DNA of 64,000 nucleotides, from positions 82,982 through 146,981 of the forward strand of contig JBBCKI010000048.1 of the NCBI GenBank assembly GCA_037190965.1, written 5' to 3'. The stretch's first letter is position 1. Every line of letters starts with the position of its first letter. Origin of the DNA: Chthoniobacteraceae bacterium. GTDB lineage: Bacteria; Verrucomicrobiota; Verrucomicrobiia; Chthoniobacterales; Chthoniobacteraceae. Positions 39,669 through 49,350 of the stretch are shown piece after piece. A program made the position numbers and the translations under genes. The notes beneath the pieces are model-generated. The model did not search any database. It was not told the DNA's origin and was given only the letters and a program-made list of their open reading frames with translations.

Positions 39669-39817
39669 TATTACTGCGCTAGATTAGCGAGGGATGAAGC
39701 TTTTCTTCAACCCTCCGGTTCACCCTCTCATTCCAGAACCAAGATATAGATAGCGCGATCTTCAAGGATTTTTGAGAGATGCTTTAAAGTTCCGCGCAAG
39801 GGCGCTCCCGCGCCAAT

Positions 39818-39850
39818 GAAAACGGCGAAAGACGAATTCGCCTTTCGCCG
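39818..39850 (-). terminator. Probable terminator of the aminotransferase gene
   Basis: CGGCGAAAG…CTTTCGCCG hairpin, followed by TTTTC on the minus strand. Confidence 0.6.
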
Positions 39851-39878
39851 CCCAAAACTACCGAGGTACTCGGCCTTA

Positions 39879-40952
39879 CTAGCCCTTCAGGCAATCATCC
39901 AACCAGCCGAGCAACTGCGTAATGCTCTCCTCGGTCTCGTCGCCCATGTTGGAGATGCGGAAGGTTTTCCCCTTCAGCTTGCCGTAACCGCCGTCGATGA
40001 CGGCATGGTAACGCTCCTTGAGCTTTGCGTTGAGCGCGGCGACGTCGATCTCGCGGTTGTTCTTCACGCAGGTGAGCGACTTGGAGCGATACCCTTCCGG
40101 CGCAAAAAACTCGAAGCCGTTGCGGATCACCCAGTCATGGACGAGGCCGTTGAGCTTCTCGTGCCGCGCGTGGCGGGCCTCCACGCCTTCGGCGAAGATG
40201 TCCTCCAGCTTGGACTGGAGCGCGTAGATGTGGGAGATCGACGGCGTGCTCGGCGTCATGTCGTCGGCCTGGTTCTTTTTGAACTCGATGAAATCGAAGT
40301 AATAGCCGCGATCATTCATCGTGGCGGCGCGGGCAAAGGCGCGCTCGGAGGCGGCAAAGAGCGCAAGGCCCGGAGGCATCGCGAGCGCCTTCTGGCTGCC
40401 GGTGAGCAGCACGTCAATGCCGAGTTCGTCCATCGGGATCGGCACCACCGAAAACGAGGAGACGGTGTCGACGATGAGCAGAACATCGGGGTACTTCTTC
40501 ACCACGTCGCAAATCGCCTTGAGCGGGCTCATCACGCCGGTGGAGGTTTCGTTATGAATGAGCGTCACGGTGTCGAACTCGCCCGTGGCAAGCTTGGCGT
40601 CGAGCGCTTCGGGACAGATCGGTTGACCCCACTCCACCTGCAACCCTTCGGCTTGCTTGCCGCAACGGCGCGAGACGTCGAGCCATTTGTCCGAGAAGGC
40701 GCCGCACATGCAGTTGAGCACTTTCTTGGCGACGAGGTTGCGGATCGCCCCCTCCATCACGCCCCATGCCGAGGAGGTGGAGAGAAACACCGGCTGCTTC
40801 GTGCCGAAAAGGGTCTGAAGCTGCGGTTGAATGGCTGCGTAGAGCTTCTTGAAGTCGTTACTGCGGTGGCCGATCATCGGCTTGCAAAACGCCGCGAAGG
40901 TTTTCTGCGAAACTTCCACGGGGCCGGGAATGAAGAGTTTGGTGTGTGGCAT
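39879..40952 (-). CDS. Class V PLP aminotransferase (alanine-glyoxylate/serine-pyruvate family)
   Basis: LFIPGPV, HNETSTGV, VDTVSS, GSQKALAMPPG, FRISNMG. Confidence 0.9.
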   Translation of the reverse strand: MPHTKLFIPGPVEVSQKTFAAFCKPMIGHRSNDFKKLYAAIQPQLQTLFGTKQPVFLSTSSAWGVMEGAIRNLVAKKVLNCMCGAFSDKWLDVSRRCGKQAEGLQVEWGQPICPEALDAKLATGEFDTVTLIHNETSTGVMSPLKAICDVVKKYPDVLLIVDTVSSFSVVPIPMDELGIDVLLTGSQKALAMPPGLALFAASERAFARAATMNDRGYYFDFIEFKKNQADDMTPSTPSISHIYALQSKLEDIFAEGVEARHARHEKLNGLVHDWVIRNGFEFFAPEGYRSKSLTCVKNNREIDVAALNAKLKERYHAVIDGGYGKLKGKTFRISNMGDETEESITQLLGWLDDCLKG

Positions 40953-41060
40953 GTGACTGAAAGCTGCGGGTCTGAGAAAAATCGAGGGGAAGAGTAAAGA
41001 GCATCCCGGCGGTTTCGAAAATGCTAAATTTTAGGACCCGGTGCAACTGATGCACCTCGA

Positions 41061-41096
41061 CGTCGATGCCCGCGCTCTCGGCGAGAGCGGACTACC
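41061..41096 (+). repeat. Single right arm of REPIN-like element
   Basis: CGTCGATGCCCGCGCTCTCGGCGAGAGCGGACTACC. Confidence 0.8.
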
Positions 41097-41125
41097 TTGC
41101 CGGATTGGCAAACGGAGCTTTTCTC

Positions 41126-41291
41126 TATAGCGTTTCTCGGAAATAATTTCCGGAAGGCAATGGGAGCGCCGTGGCTTCTGGAGCAAGGAACAAAGCGCAG
41201 TGGCTGGGGCCGTAGTGCCCCTGCCCAAGCTTAGCGACGCCGCGCCAGAGACCGCGCCGCCCCAGTACATCCGGAAAGGAGAGATGCTCTA
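41126..41291. mobile_element. Putative MITE-like element with TA-terminated imperfect inverted ends
   Basis: Left end TATAGCGTTTCTC…TTTCCGG; right end reverse complement TAGAGCATCTCTCCTTTCCGG; inner imperfect IR 41161-41181/41245-41264; related sequence at 15154-15230. Confidence 0.5.
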
Positions 41292-43766
41292 TTCCCAGAT
41301 GAAATGCTCCAGCCTCAAACGGCTTGCGCTTTTTGCCGCTTCCTCGGCTCGCGGCCCCTCCAGGGCGGCCATCTTCCGGTAGATGCCGATGGCGCTTTTC
41401 CATTGCCCCTGCGCTTCGCAGAGACGTCCGGCATCGAACCCGGCTTTGTAAAACCAGTAGTACTCCTCAGGCTCGGCGAGCCCCGCCTCCAGGACGTCGT
41501 AGTAAGCCGCCAACGCCTCTTCCGGCCGGGCCAATGCTTCCAGCAGACGCCCCTTCTGGTAGAGCGCCTGGCTGCGCCAGGTTACCCCAAGGCCGGGCTC
41601 GGCGGCCAGATGCGTGTACAGCTCGAGCGCCTGCTGGGAAAGCGCCCGATCTTTCTCTCCCAACTCAGCGAGGTTTTCGGCCTTCCCGGCGAGCGCGGCA
41701 AAACGCACCTCGGCGGGTGGGTCCGCCCGCAAAATCGCGTCGTAGAGAAGAATCGCCTCATCCTGCTTTCCCATCCGGTTTTTGGCCAGCGCCTGCTGGA
41801 GCCGAACCTGGAGCTTGAGCGGGCCATCCATCTTGGCGGCCTCCGCAAACAATTCGATGGCGCGATCGATGGCTCCTTCGCTCATCCGCTTCATCGAAGC
41901 CTGCCCGGCCAGAAACAGCGCCGCCTCCACGAGCGGCGAGGCGGAATTCTCTTTCGCAAGCGTTTCGAACTGAGTCTGCGCGCCCGCGAAATCGCCCGTG
42001 CGAAAATAAACCTGCCCAAGCTTCATCCGGACCTCGGGCCGCTTTGCGGCAAGGGGGTACTGCTCCAGAAATGCCTGACAGAGCGCGGCCACTTTCTCGT
42101 CGTCGCGAGGCGTGGCGGCGTCGGCGACAAAAATGGCCAGATACGCGGATTGCTGCAACGCTTGGGGGGAAGGGCTCACTTCATCGCTCGATCCCGTCTC
42201 ATTGACGACCTTCAAAACTTCGGATGCACCCGCCGCGTCGTTCCCGGCAAGCCGAAGTTCGGCAAGGGCGATCCTCGCCTCGGCGACACGCGGGTTGTCC
42301 CGGAAATCATGAATGAACTGCCGCAGCGTCGCCTCGGCTTGCGCGACATGGGCAGGCCCCTGCCGGGCCTGAAGCAGCCCCTCCTCCAGAATCAACTCGC
42401 GACGATACGGGCTGTCGGGCACCCGAGTGCTCAGTTCCTTGTAGTCCTGCAAAAAACGGGAAAAATTCCCCTGGTGCAACCATGAGAGCGCGGAGTTGAA
42501 CACCGCCCGCTCCCAAAGCGCGGGCGCGCGTTCCCCTGCCGCGCGAAAAACCGTGGCGGCGAGGACGAATTCGCCCTCCTGAAAAGAGACGGTGGCCGAA
42601 GCCATCTCGATCTCCGCGCGTTCGAGATCGGTTTGCGACGCGCGCATCGCGCCATCCAGCGCAACCTGCGCCTCGCGAAATTTCTTCTCCTCGGTCAATA
42701 ACCGCCCTTGCATCAGCAACGCGGGAGCAAGCATCGGGTGCCGGGGGAACCGTTCGCCGTAGTTTTCCAGCGCACGAAGCGCGCGCTCCCGTTTCCCCGC
42801 CCGCGTATAGGCTTTGGAGAGATAATAGGCGGCGAAGCCGGCGCGTTGTTTGTGAAGGTTCGGTTCGCGCTCGGCCCATTTTTGCAGTTCGGAATCCGAC
42901 GCGCTCTCCTCCCCCGCGTAGATTTCATCCAACTTGGCGAAGATCTCGCCGAGCCGGGGGCTCTCCGGGTATCGCCAGATAAACTGCTCCAGCACATTGT
43001 CCGCCGCGGCAAGCCCGCTCAGCTGTGCCCGCGAATCGCTCATGCCCAGCAATGCGCCCGTGATCAAATCCATTGTGAGACCCGACGAAGCGGGATCGCG
43101 CTGCAAGCTCTCAAACCTCCCCAACGCATACGCCGGATGCCCTTCCGCCAAAAGCAGACGCGCTTCCACATACTGCTTCCATTTTTCTGCCGCCGGAGTG
43201 CCGGGCCGGATCCCGGGAAGAAGCGCGGCGCATTTCTTAAGCTCGCCGCCCTCCAGATAGAGCTCCGCCAGCCGCAGGCTCGCGGTTTCCGTCGGATGCG
43301 TCAGGCTTTCCAGCGCGGTAATCGCCTCCGGCAGCCGGTTGAGAGCGCGCAGCGACTCCGCCTTTCCCAAAGCGGCCAGGGCCGAATCCTGCCCCTGCGG
43401 GTGCGCGTCATAGAACGCGCCATAAACCGTCAATGCTTCCTCCCAGCGCTTCAGCGCGGCATTGGCCCGCCCTTCAAGCAATGGCGCGGAGACCCCCGGT
43501 TCCTTCAATTCCTTGAGCGCCTCTTCGAAACGGCCTGCCGCAAGGAGCGCTTCGGCAAGTTTCGTGCGAACCTGCACCTGCACTCCTTCCTCCAAAGGCG
43601 CGTTCAACTGTTCGCGCAGCTTGACCACGGCCACCTCGGGCACTCCGCTCTCCAGCGGCTCCAAGGCCCGATCCAACCCCGGATCGGGCGCGGCAACCGC
43701 AGCGGATACCGCCAGGAAAAAAGCGGCCACGGGAAAACGATGTTTCAGGAAAGCGTCGGCATTCAT
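41289..43766 (-). CDS. Exported tetratricopeptide repeat protein
   Basis: Signal peptide, many TPR-like helical repeats; ATGA overlap with uvrA stop. Confidence 0.88.
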   Translation of the reverse strand: MNADAFLKHRFPVAAFFLAVSAAVAAPDPGLDRALEPLESGVPEVAVVKLREQLNAPLEEGVQVQVRTKLAEALLAAGRFEEALKELKEPGVSAPLLEGRANAALKRWEEALTVYGAFYDAHPQGQDSALAALGKAESLRALNRLPEAITALESLTHPTETASLRLAELYLEGGELKKCAALLPGIRPGTPAAEKWKQYVEARLLLAEGHPAYALGRFESLQRDPASSGLTMDLITGALLGMSDSRAQLSGLAAADNVLEQFIWRYPESPRLGEIFAKLDEIYAGEESASDSELQKWAEREPNLHKQRAGFAAYYLSKAYTRAGKRERALRALENYGERFPRHPMLAPALLMQGRLLTEEKKFREAQVALDGAMRASQTDLERAEIEMASATVSFQEGEFVLAATVFRAAGERAPALWERAVFNSALSWLHQGNFSRFLQDYKELSTRVPDSPYRRELILEEGLLQARQGPAHVAQAEATLRQFIHDFRDNPRVAEARIALAELRLAGNDAAGASEVLKVVNETGSSDEVSPSPQALQQSAYLAIFVADAATPRDDEKVAALCQAFLEQYPLAAKRPEVRMKLGQVYFRTGDFAGAQTQFETLAKENSASPLVEAALFLAGQASMKRMSEGAIDRAIELFAEAAKMDGPLKLQVRLQQALAKNRMGKQDEAILLYDAILRADPPAEVRFAALAGKAENLAELGEKDRALSQQALELYTHLAAEPGLGVTWRSQALYQKGRLLEALARPEEALAAYYDVLEAGLAEPEEYYWFYKAGFDAGRLCEAQGQWKSAIGIYRKMAALEGPRAEEAAKSASRLRLEHFIWE

Positions 43767-46663
43767 GGGAGCATCCTCTTCAAATACCGCCCCGTATGGC
43801 TGGCCTCAAGCGCGGCGATCTCCTCGGGCGTCCCCTCTCCGACGATGGTGCCGCCCCCTTCTCCCCCTTCGGGCCCCATGTCGATGATCCAGTCGGCGCA
43901 TTTGATCATCTCAAGATTATGCTCGATGACGACGAGCGTGTTGCCGCTGTCGCGCAGCTTGAGTAGTACTTCCAGCAGCTTGTGAATGTCCGCAAAATGC
44001 AAGCCTGTTGTCGGCTCGTCGAGGATGTAAACCGTCCGCCCGGTGGCTTTCTTGGCCAGTTCCGCCGCGAGCTTCACGCGTTGCGCCTCGCCGCCGGAAA
44101 GCGTCGTCCCGGCCTGCCCGAGCCGGACATACCCGAGCCCCACGTCTTCCAGCGCCACGAGCCGATCCGAGATCGTCGGGACACTGCGGAAAAACCGCGC
44201 GGCCTCGTCCACGGTCATGTCGAGAATGTCGGCGATGTTCTTCCCCTTGTAGGTAATCTCCAGCGTCTCTCGATTATAGCGCCGCCCCCGGCAAACTTCA
44301 CACTCCACGTAGACATCCGCCAGGAAGTGCATCTCGATCTTGATGACCCCGTCGCCCTCGCAATTCTCGCAGCGGCCCCCTTTGACGTTGAAGGAGAAAC
44401 GCCCCTGGTCGTAACCGCGCACGCGGGAGGCGGGAAGCTGCGCAAAGAGAGAACGGATCGGCCCGAACGCGCCGGTGTAAGTCACCGGGTTGGAACGCGG
44501 CGTGCGGCCGATCGGCGACTGATCAATGACAATCGCCTTGTCCACCTGATCGAGTCCCAGCAGGGCACGGTGTTTCCCGGGGCGATCCTTGGAGTGATAA
44601 AAATGACGGAAAAGCGCCCGGCGAAGAATGTCGTCCACGAGCGTCGATTTACCGCTGCCGGAAACACCGGTAACGGCGGTAAAACACCCGAGCGGAAATG
44701 AAGCCGTGATATTCTTGAGATTGTTCTCCTGCGCGCCTGCGACCGTCAGCCATCCGCTGGAGAGCACCCGACCGTCCATCGCGAACTCCCGCCTTCCTTC
44801 CGGAGCGACGCGGCGGCGCGGCACGGGAATGCCGAGACGGCCCGAGAGATAATCAGCAGTGAGCGACCCCTGCGTGGCGAGGACCTCTTCCAGGGTCCCC
44901 TGCGCGACGAGATGCCCGCCGCGTACCCCGGCTCCCGGCCCGAGGTCGAGCACGTGATCGGCGGCACGGATCGTGTCTTCATCGTGTTCGACGACGATCA
45001 CGGAATTTCCCAGATCGCGCAGCCGCCGGAGCGTGCCGATCAACCGGTCGTTGTCCCGCTGATGTAGGCCGATGCTGGGCTCATCGAGAACATAGAGCAC
45101 CCCGGCAAGCCCGGAGCCGATCTGCGTGGCCAGCCGGATCCGCTGCGCCTCGCCGCCGGAAAGCGTCCCGCTCTCACGATCGAGGTTCAGGTAGCTCAAG
45201 CCGACTTCGTCCAGGAAATTGAGCCGCGCCCCGATCTCGCGAAGCACTTCGGAGGTGATAAACCGCTGCTGTTCAGTCAGCGGCAGGTTTTCCAGAAAGC
45301 GTTTGGCATCACAGATGGTGAGGCCGCAGATCTGATGAATATTGAGCCCTTTTCCTTCGCTCCCAATGGTCACCGCGAGAATCTCCGGCTTGAGCCGCGC
45401 ACCCTGGCACGCCGAACAAGGACGGCGGCTCATGAAGGCGCGAATGCGGTTGCGGGTCAGTTCGCTGTCGCTCTCCTCATAGAGCCGGTGCAACTGAAGC
45501 ACCACCCCTTCGAACGGTTTGGTGACCTTGGTACGCTTGGTGGCGTTGCCCCAGCTGATGTCGATGGAACGCTCGCCGGTTCCGTAAAAAAGGGCGTCTT
45601 TGAATTTGTCGGAAAGTTCGGCAAAGGGAACATCCAGCGGTGCTTTGTATGCGCGCGCCAGCGAGTGGAGCAGCCCCTCGTAATAATTGATCATCCGCTT
45701 GTTGGCGCGAGCCCATGGGACGACAGCGCCCCCCGCCAGCGTCTTCTCGGGATCGGGACAAATCAGGTCGGGATCGCACACCGCCTCCGTCCCCAGCCCG
45801 TGACACGCCGGGCAGGCGCCGAGATGGCTGTTGAAAGAAAAATGTTTCGGCGTGAGCTGCGGAATGGCGAAGCCGGTCTCCGGGTTCGTGAAGTCGGTGG
45901 AATAACGATGCTCGCTCCAGGTCTCCTCACCGCGCGCCTGCGTGAGCGCCATGAGACGCCCGCCGCCCCACTTCAACGCGGTCTCGACAGAATCGGCGAA
46001 GCGTTGCCGCGCTCCGTCGCGCACCACCACGCGATCGACCACGGCCTCGATGGAGTGCGCATGGGTCTTGTCAAGCTTGACCGGCTGCTGCGGATTGCCG
46101 AGTTCCACGATCTCCCCGTCGATGCGCGCGCGGATGAACCCTTCGCGCTTCACCTTTTCGAGCACATCGCGGAACTCCCCGTTCTGCGCGTGCACCAGCG
46201 GGGCGAGAAGCACCACCTTCGTCTCCTGAGGAAAGGCGAGCAGCGCGTCCACGATGCTCTGGGAGGTCTGTTTATAAACCGGCGCGCCGGTGGCGGGATC
46301 GTGCGGTTGGCCGATGGCGGAGAACAGAACGCGCAGGTAATCGTAAATCTCCGTCGTCGTGGCGATCGTCGAGCGCGGGTTGCTGCCCGAGGTCCGCTGC
46401 TCAATGGCAATCGCGGGAGAAAGCCCCTCGATGAAATCGACATCAGGCTTCTGCATCTGGTCGAGAAACTGCCGGGCGTAAGCCGAAAGACTCTCCACAT
46501 AGCGGCGCTGCCCCTCCGCGTAAAGCGTGTCGAAGGCAAGCGACGACTTGCCCGAGCCGCTCAAGCCGGTGACGACCACCAGCCTCTGGCGAGGGATTTG
46601 CAGCGAAAGATTCTTGAGATTATGCTGCCGAGCGCCTGTGATTTTGATTGTTTCCGCCGCCAT
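43763..46663 (-). CDS. uvrA: Excinuclease ABC subunit A
   Basis: [32 protein letters not shown], two LSGGEAQR signatures, Zn fingers. Confidence 0.98.
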   Translation of the reverse strand: MAAETIKITGARQHNLKNLSLQIPRQRLVVVTGLSGSGKSSLAFDTLYAEGQRRYVESLSAYARQFLDQMQKPDVDFIEGLSPAIAIEQRTSGSNPRSTIATTTEIYDYLRVLFSAIGQPHDPATGAPVYKQTSQSIVDALLAFPQETKVVLLAPLVHAQNGEFRDVLEKVKREGFIRARIDGEIVELGNPQQPVKLDKTHAHSIEAVVDRVVVRDGARQRFADSVETALKWGGGRLMALTQARGEETWSEHRYSTDFTNPETGFAIPQLTPKHFSFNSHLGACPACHGLGTEAVCDPDLICPDPEKTLAGGAVVPWARANKRMINYYEGLLHSLARAYKAPLDVPFAELSDKFKDALFYGTGERSIDISWGNATKRTKVTKPFEGVVLQLHRLYEESDSELTRNRIRAFMSRRPCSACQGARLKPEILAVTIGSEGKGLNIHQICGLTICDAKRFLENLPLTEQQRFITSEVLREIGARLNFLDEVGLSYLNLDRESGTLSGGEAQRIRLATQIGSGLAGVLYVLDEPSIGLHQRDNDRLIGTLRRLRDLGNSVIVVEHDEDTIRAADHVLDLGPGAGVRGGHLVAQGTLEEVLATQGSLTADYLSGRLGIPVPRRRVAPEGRREFAMDGRVLSSGWLTVAGAQENNLKNITASFPLGCFTAVTGVSGSGKSTLVDDILRRALFRHFYHSKDRPGKHRALLGLDQVDKAIVIDQSPIGRTPRSNPVTYTGAFGPIRSLFAQLPASRVRGYDQGRFSFNVKGGRCENCEGDGVIKIEMHFLADVYVECEVCRGRRYNRETLEITYKGKNIADILDMTVDEAARFFRSVPTISDRLVALEDVGLGYVRLGQAGTTLSGGEAQRVKLAAELAKKATGRTVYILDEPTTGLHFADIHKLLEVLLKLRDSGNTLVVIEHNLEMIKCADWIIDMGPEGGEGGGTIVGEGTPEEIAALEASHTGRYLKRMLP

Positions 46664-46729
46664 TTTGCAGGATTCGTGGAATCTGAAACGAAAGCACATT
46701 CGCCCCAAGACCTCCAGAGATAATTCCTT

Positions 46730-46981
46730 ATGAACCCGGCTCCAATCACCTTCTCTCCCGAGGAATGGCAGGCATTACGCAACCAGTTCAGCGAACTCAA
46801 GCATTCCCTCAACAACGCCCTGGCTGTCTTCATGGCGCTCTCCGAACTGGCGAACCGCAATCCCGACAACTACGAAAAACTCGGAAAAGCCGTCGTCGCC
46901 CGCACCCCCGAGATCGTCGCGCTGATGCACGAGTTCACGCGGAAGCTGGATGAGAAAGCGGCAGAGGAGACCCGAAAGTAA
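46730..46981 (+). CDS. 83-aa protein resembling a stand-alone HisKA (DHp) domain
   Basis: [21 protein letters not shown] resembles an H-box (xHxLNNxL); amphipathic helices; codon usage like neighbours. Confidence 0.65.
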   Translation: MNPAPITFSPEEWQALRNQFSELKHSLNNALAVFMALSELANRNPDNYEKLGKAVVARTPEIVALMHEFTRKLDEKAAEETRK

Positions 46982-47046
46982 GATGTGCTTTTCCGCTTGG
47001 CGGCGTCTCACACGCGGTCATGACGGGAACGTTGCGAAACGAAGAA

Positions 47047-47207
47047 TGGTGCGGCAGCACCGGTAGCACGCTCGCGCCGCCGAGCGCGGGTATCGGGTTC
47101 CATGGCTTCATGAGGGCCTCATCCCAGCACCGGCAGCCTGTCTTGCGGGGATGGATGTCAAACGCGACTCTTCGCCGATCCCGCGCTCTCGGCGAGAGCG
47201 GTCTACC
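47047..47207 (+). repeat. REPIN-like element copy 4
   Basis: Cap + both arms + CATCCC/GGGATG core; between convergent genes. Confidence 0.9.
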
Positions 47208-47244
47208 AGTTCTTCCAAATCGCCCTGATCATACGAAACACAAC

Positions 47245-48045
47245 CTACCCGATCGTGTGCACAAATAGCCCCGCGCATGGCGCTGCCGGGTCTCGGAACT
47301 GACTGGCGGGGAAGAGAACGCAGAGAAACCAGTTATAAGGCTCGTCGCCGGTATGACTTGGGTTTTTCTCGCGGCGGTCCATGCCCACGCGCACGGCACC
47401 GGCGGCGCGGTGATGCCCGTCGGCCATATCGGCGACCGGCACCTGCCCGAAAGCGTTGATGAAAAATTCCCCGAGCTGAAGACCCGGCACGCGCCAGACG
47501 GTATGCCCGACGCCGTCAGGCGCGGTAAAGTCATAGAGCGGCGGCATTTTGATTACCTCGGCGACGAGGGCATCGAGATCGGGCGTGTCGGGGTAAGTCA
47601 GAAGAACTGGCCCGGTATTGGCGTTGATCGCGTCAATGAGTCGCGCGCGGTCGTTCTCCTTGTCGCGGCAGATCTCCTCGGGCTTCCTGATGATGCCGTT
47701 CTCGTAATCCTCGATGTGACAGGTCAGCGCGATGCCGGTCTGCCTATGATCCCCCATCCGCTGCTGGTAGAGGTAGACGCACGGCTGGGCCTCGCTCACG
47801 AGAATTTCGTGGCTCTGATAAGCCAAAAACGTCTGCCGCGCCCTTTCGTACACCTCAGCGGAGTACCGGTCGATCCCCTCGGAAAGATCAATCTCCGCGC
47901 GATCCACATGCAGAAGGCTGTAAGGATTGTCGGAGACCAGCGCGGCCGCCTCTTTAGTATCAGTGGCATCGCAGGCGGCGCAGGCAACGAGGGAGGCAAG
48001 GTCATCAGCGGGCCGAAGCCCCTGAAACGGTTTAACGCGAAGCAT
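47245..48045 (-). CDS. DUF1015-family protein, shortened/degenerate
   Basis: VKPFQGLRP, NPYSLLHVDRAEIDL, YLYQQRM, ADGHHRAA, WFLCVLFP, terminal GLFVH; only 266 aa. Confidence 0.75.
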   Translation of the reverse strand: MLRVKPFQGLRPADDLASLVACAACDATDTKEAAALVSDNPYSLLHVDRAEIDLSEGIDRYSAEVYERARQTFLAYQSHEILVSEAQPCVYLYQQRMGDHRQTGIALTCHIEDYENGIIRKPEEICRDKENDRARLIDAINANTGPVLLTYPDTPDLDALVAEVIKMPPLYDFTAPDGVGHTVWRVPGLQLGEFFINAFGQVPVADMADGHHRAAGAVRVGMDRREKNPSHTGDEPYNWFLCVLFPASQFRDPAAPCAGLFVHTIG

Positions 48046-48189
48046 GGGAGAAGAAAAGCGCACCCCGCCGGAAATTCGAGGAGAATCCCCAAAAGGTCCA
48101 AAAAGAGGCCCAAAAACGCTCAAAAACGCAAATCAGTACCGAGGATTGACGTACCCGGCCTCAATGCGTTGAATCTCGGTGTCCCCCCG

Positions 48190-48714
48190 ATGAAATTCCT
48201 CCCCGCCATCCTCCTCTGTTTGCCGCTTCTTCTGGCCGGGTGCGCCCAGACCGGACGCCCGACTGCCGTCGTGGCAGCCACCAAAAAAGCCAAAGCCCCC
48301 GTGCCGCACCCCAAAACGCTCCGGGTCAGGACGACCGCTTATATCGGCAAACGCAACGCCATTGGAAAACCGCTTTCGCATGGCCCCGTCATCAGCGCGG
48401 CCTCGGATTGGTCCGAATTCCCTCTCGGCACCCGCTTTCGCGTCCGCCAGACGGGTATGACGTATGTGATCGACGACTACGGCTCCGCACTTGTCGGCAC
48501 GAAAACCATCGACCTCTGCAAACCCGCCGCCTCCAAAATGCACGCATGGGGGGTTCGCTGGGTGGATATTGATATTCTGGAATGGGGATCCCCCCGCCGG
48601 AGCCTCGAAGTGCTCTCGCCCCGCATGAAAGTCCGCTATGTCCGCCCGATGGTCGCAGCGCTGCGCGCCCAGTCCGAAGGGGTACCCAAAGAGTTCCACC
48701 GGGTCGGTCTATAG
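48190..48714 (+). CDS. 3D-domain lipoprotein
   Basis: Lipobox LLAGC; VRTTAY, SAASDWSEFPLGT, IDDYGSAL, TIDL. Confidence 0.85.
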   Translation: MKFLPAILLCLPLLLAGCAQTGRPTAVVAATKKAKAPVPHPKTLRVRTTAYIGKRNAIGKPLSHGPVISAASDWSEFPLGTRFRVRQTGMTYVIDDYGSALVGTKTIDLCKPAASKMHAWGVRWVDIDILEWGSPRRSLEVLSPRMKVRYVRPMVAALRAQSEGVPKEFHRVGL

Positions 48715-48806
48715 GGTTTACAGTCGTGTTCCAAATCGTGACACGGCTGTCGGCTTTTTGAAGACGGACGACTGGCCTCATTGCGCAAGTAGCTGAAAAT
48801 CAGCGG

Positions 48807-48822
48807 TGGCACCCCCATTGCT
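48807..48822 (+). promoter_or_regulatory. Sigma-54 -24/-12 promoter
   Basis: TGGCACCCCCATTGCT matches TGGCAC-N5-TTGC(A/T), ~28 nt before the ATG at 48850, with GGAGGG RBS between. Confidence 0.75.
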
Positions 48823-48849
48823 TTCCTTCCGGAGAACGGAGGGAAACCC

Positions 48850-49341
48850 ATGCTGATCCAAAAAACTTTTCATCTCGCGATGCACAAGGATGTTGCTCGC
48901 GAAAAGCTGTTGAATCTTCGGGAATATCGCAACGATCTTTCCGAGGTGGAAGAGGCCATCGTGGATGAAGAAGGCGAGGCCCGCTTCGAATTCCACCTGC
49001 CGTACGGCCTTCGAGGAAAAATCGTTCTCGTCCGGGTCGAGGGCGATAATCCGGCCCAGACGCTTTTCCGCTCGCACGGTGGAAACATGGAGATCCTGGG
49101 CGTTCTGGAATTTTTTGAGATCAAGCCCAACCTGACCGAGGTCGTCCTCACCCTCGATTATTCGTTCGCCTCGCCGTTTTTCCGGCTGGTCGACTACTTT
49201 TCCCACGCGATGGAACATTTCATCGACCGCCAGCTCGAACGCGTGGAAGCGCATTTCGCCCGTCCCATTCTGGGGGTGCGGGCGGATCGAAACCTGCCCG
49301 CTCCCATCAATGGCAACCGCCTCTTTGAGGATGAAGAATAA
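48850..49341 (+). CDS. Hypothetical protein, possibly SRPBCC/cyclase-like fold
   Basis: Good RBS; alternating beta-strand pattern and long C-terminal helix (TEVVLTLDYSF…FIDRQLERVEAHF). Confidence 0.65.
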   Translation: MLIQKTFHLAMHKDVAREKLLNLREYRNDLSEVEEAIVDEEGEARFEFHLPYGLRGKIVLVRVEGDNPAQTLFRSHGGNMEILGVLEFFEIKPNLTEVVLTLDYSFASPFFRLVDYFSHAMEHFIDRQLERVEAHFARPILGVRADRNLPAPINGNRLFEDEE

Positions 49342-49350
49342 CTGCGCGTT

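Noticed and set aside
46664..46729. LexA/SOS box upstream of uvrA (and recQ)
   Set aside because: No convincing palindrome seen
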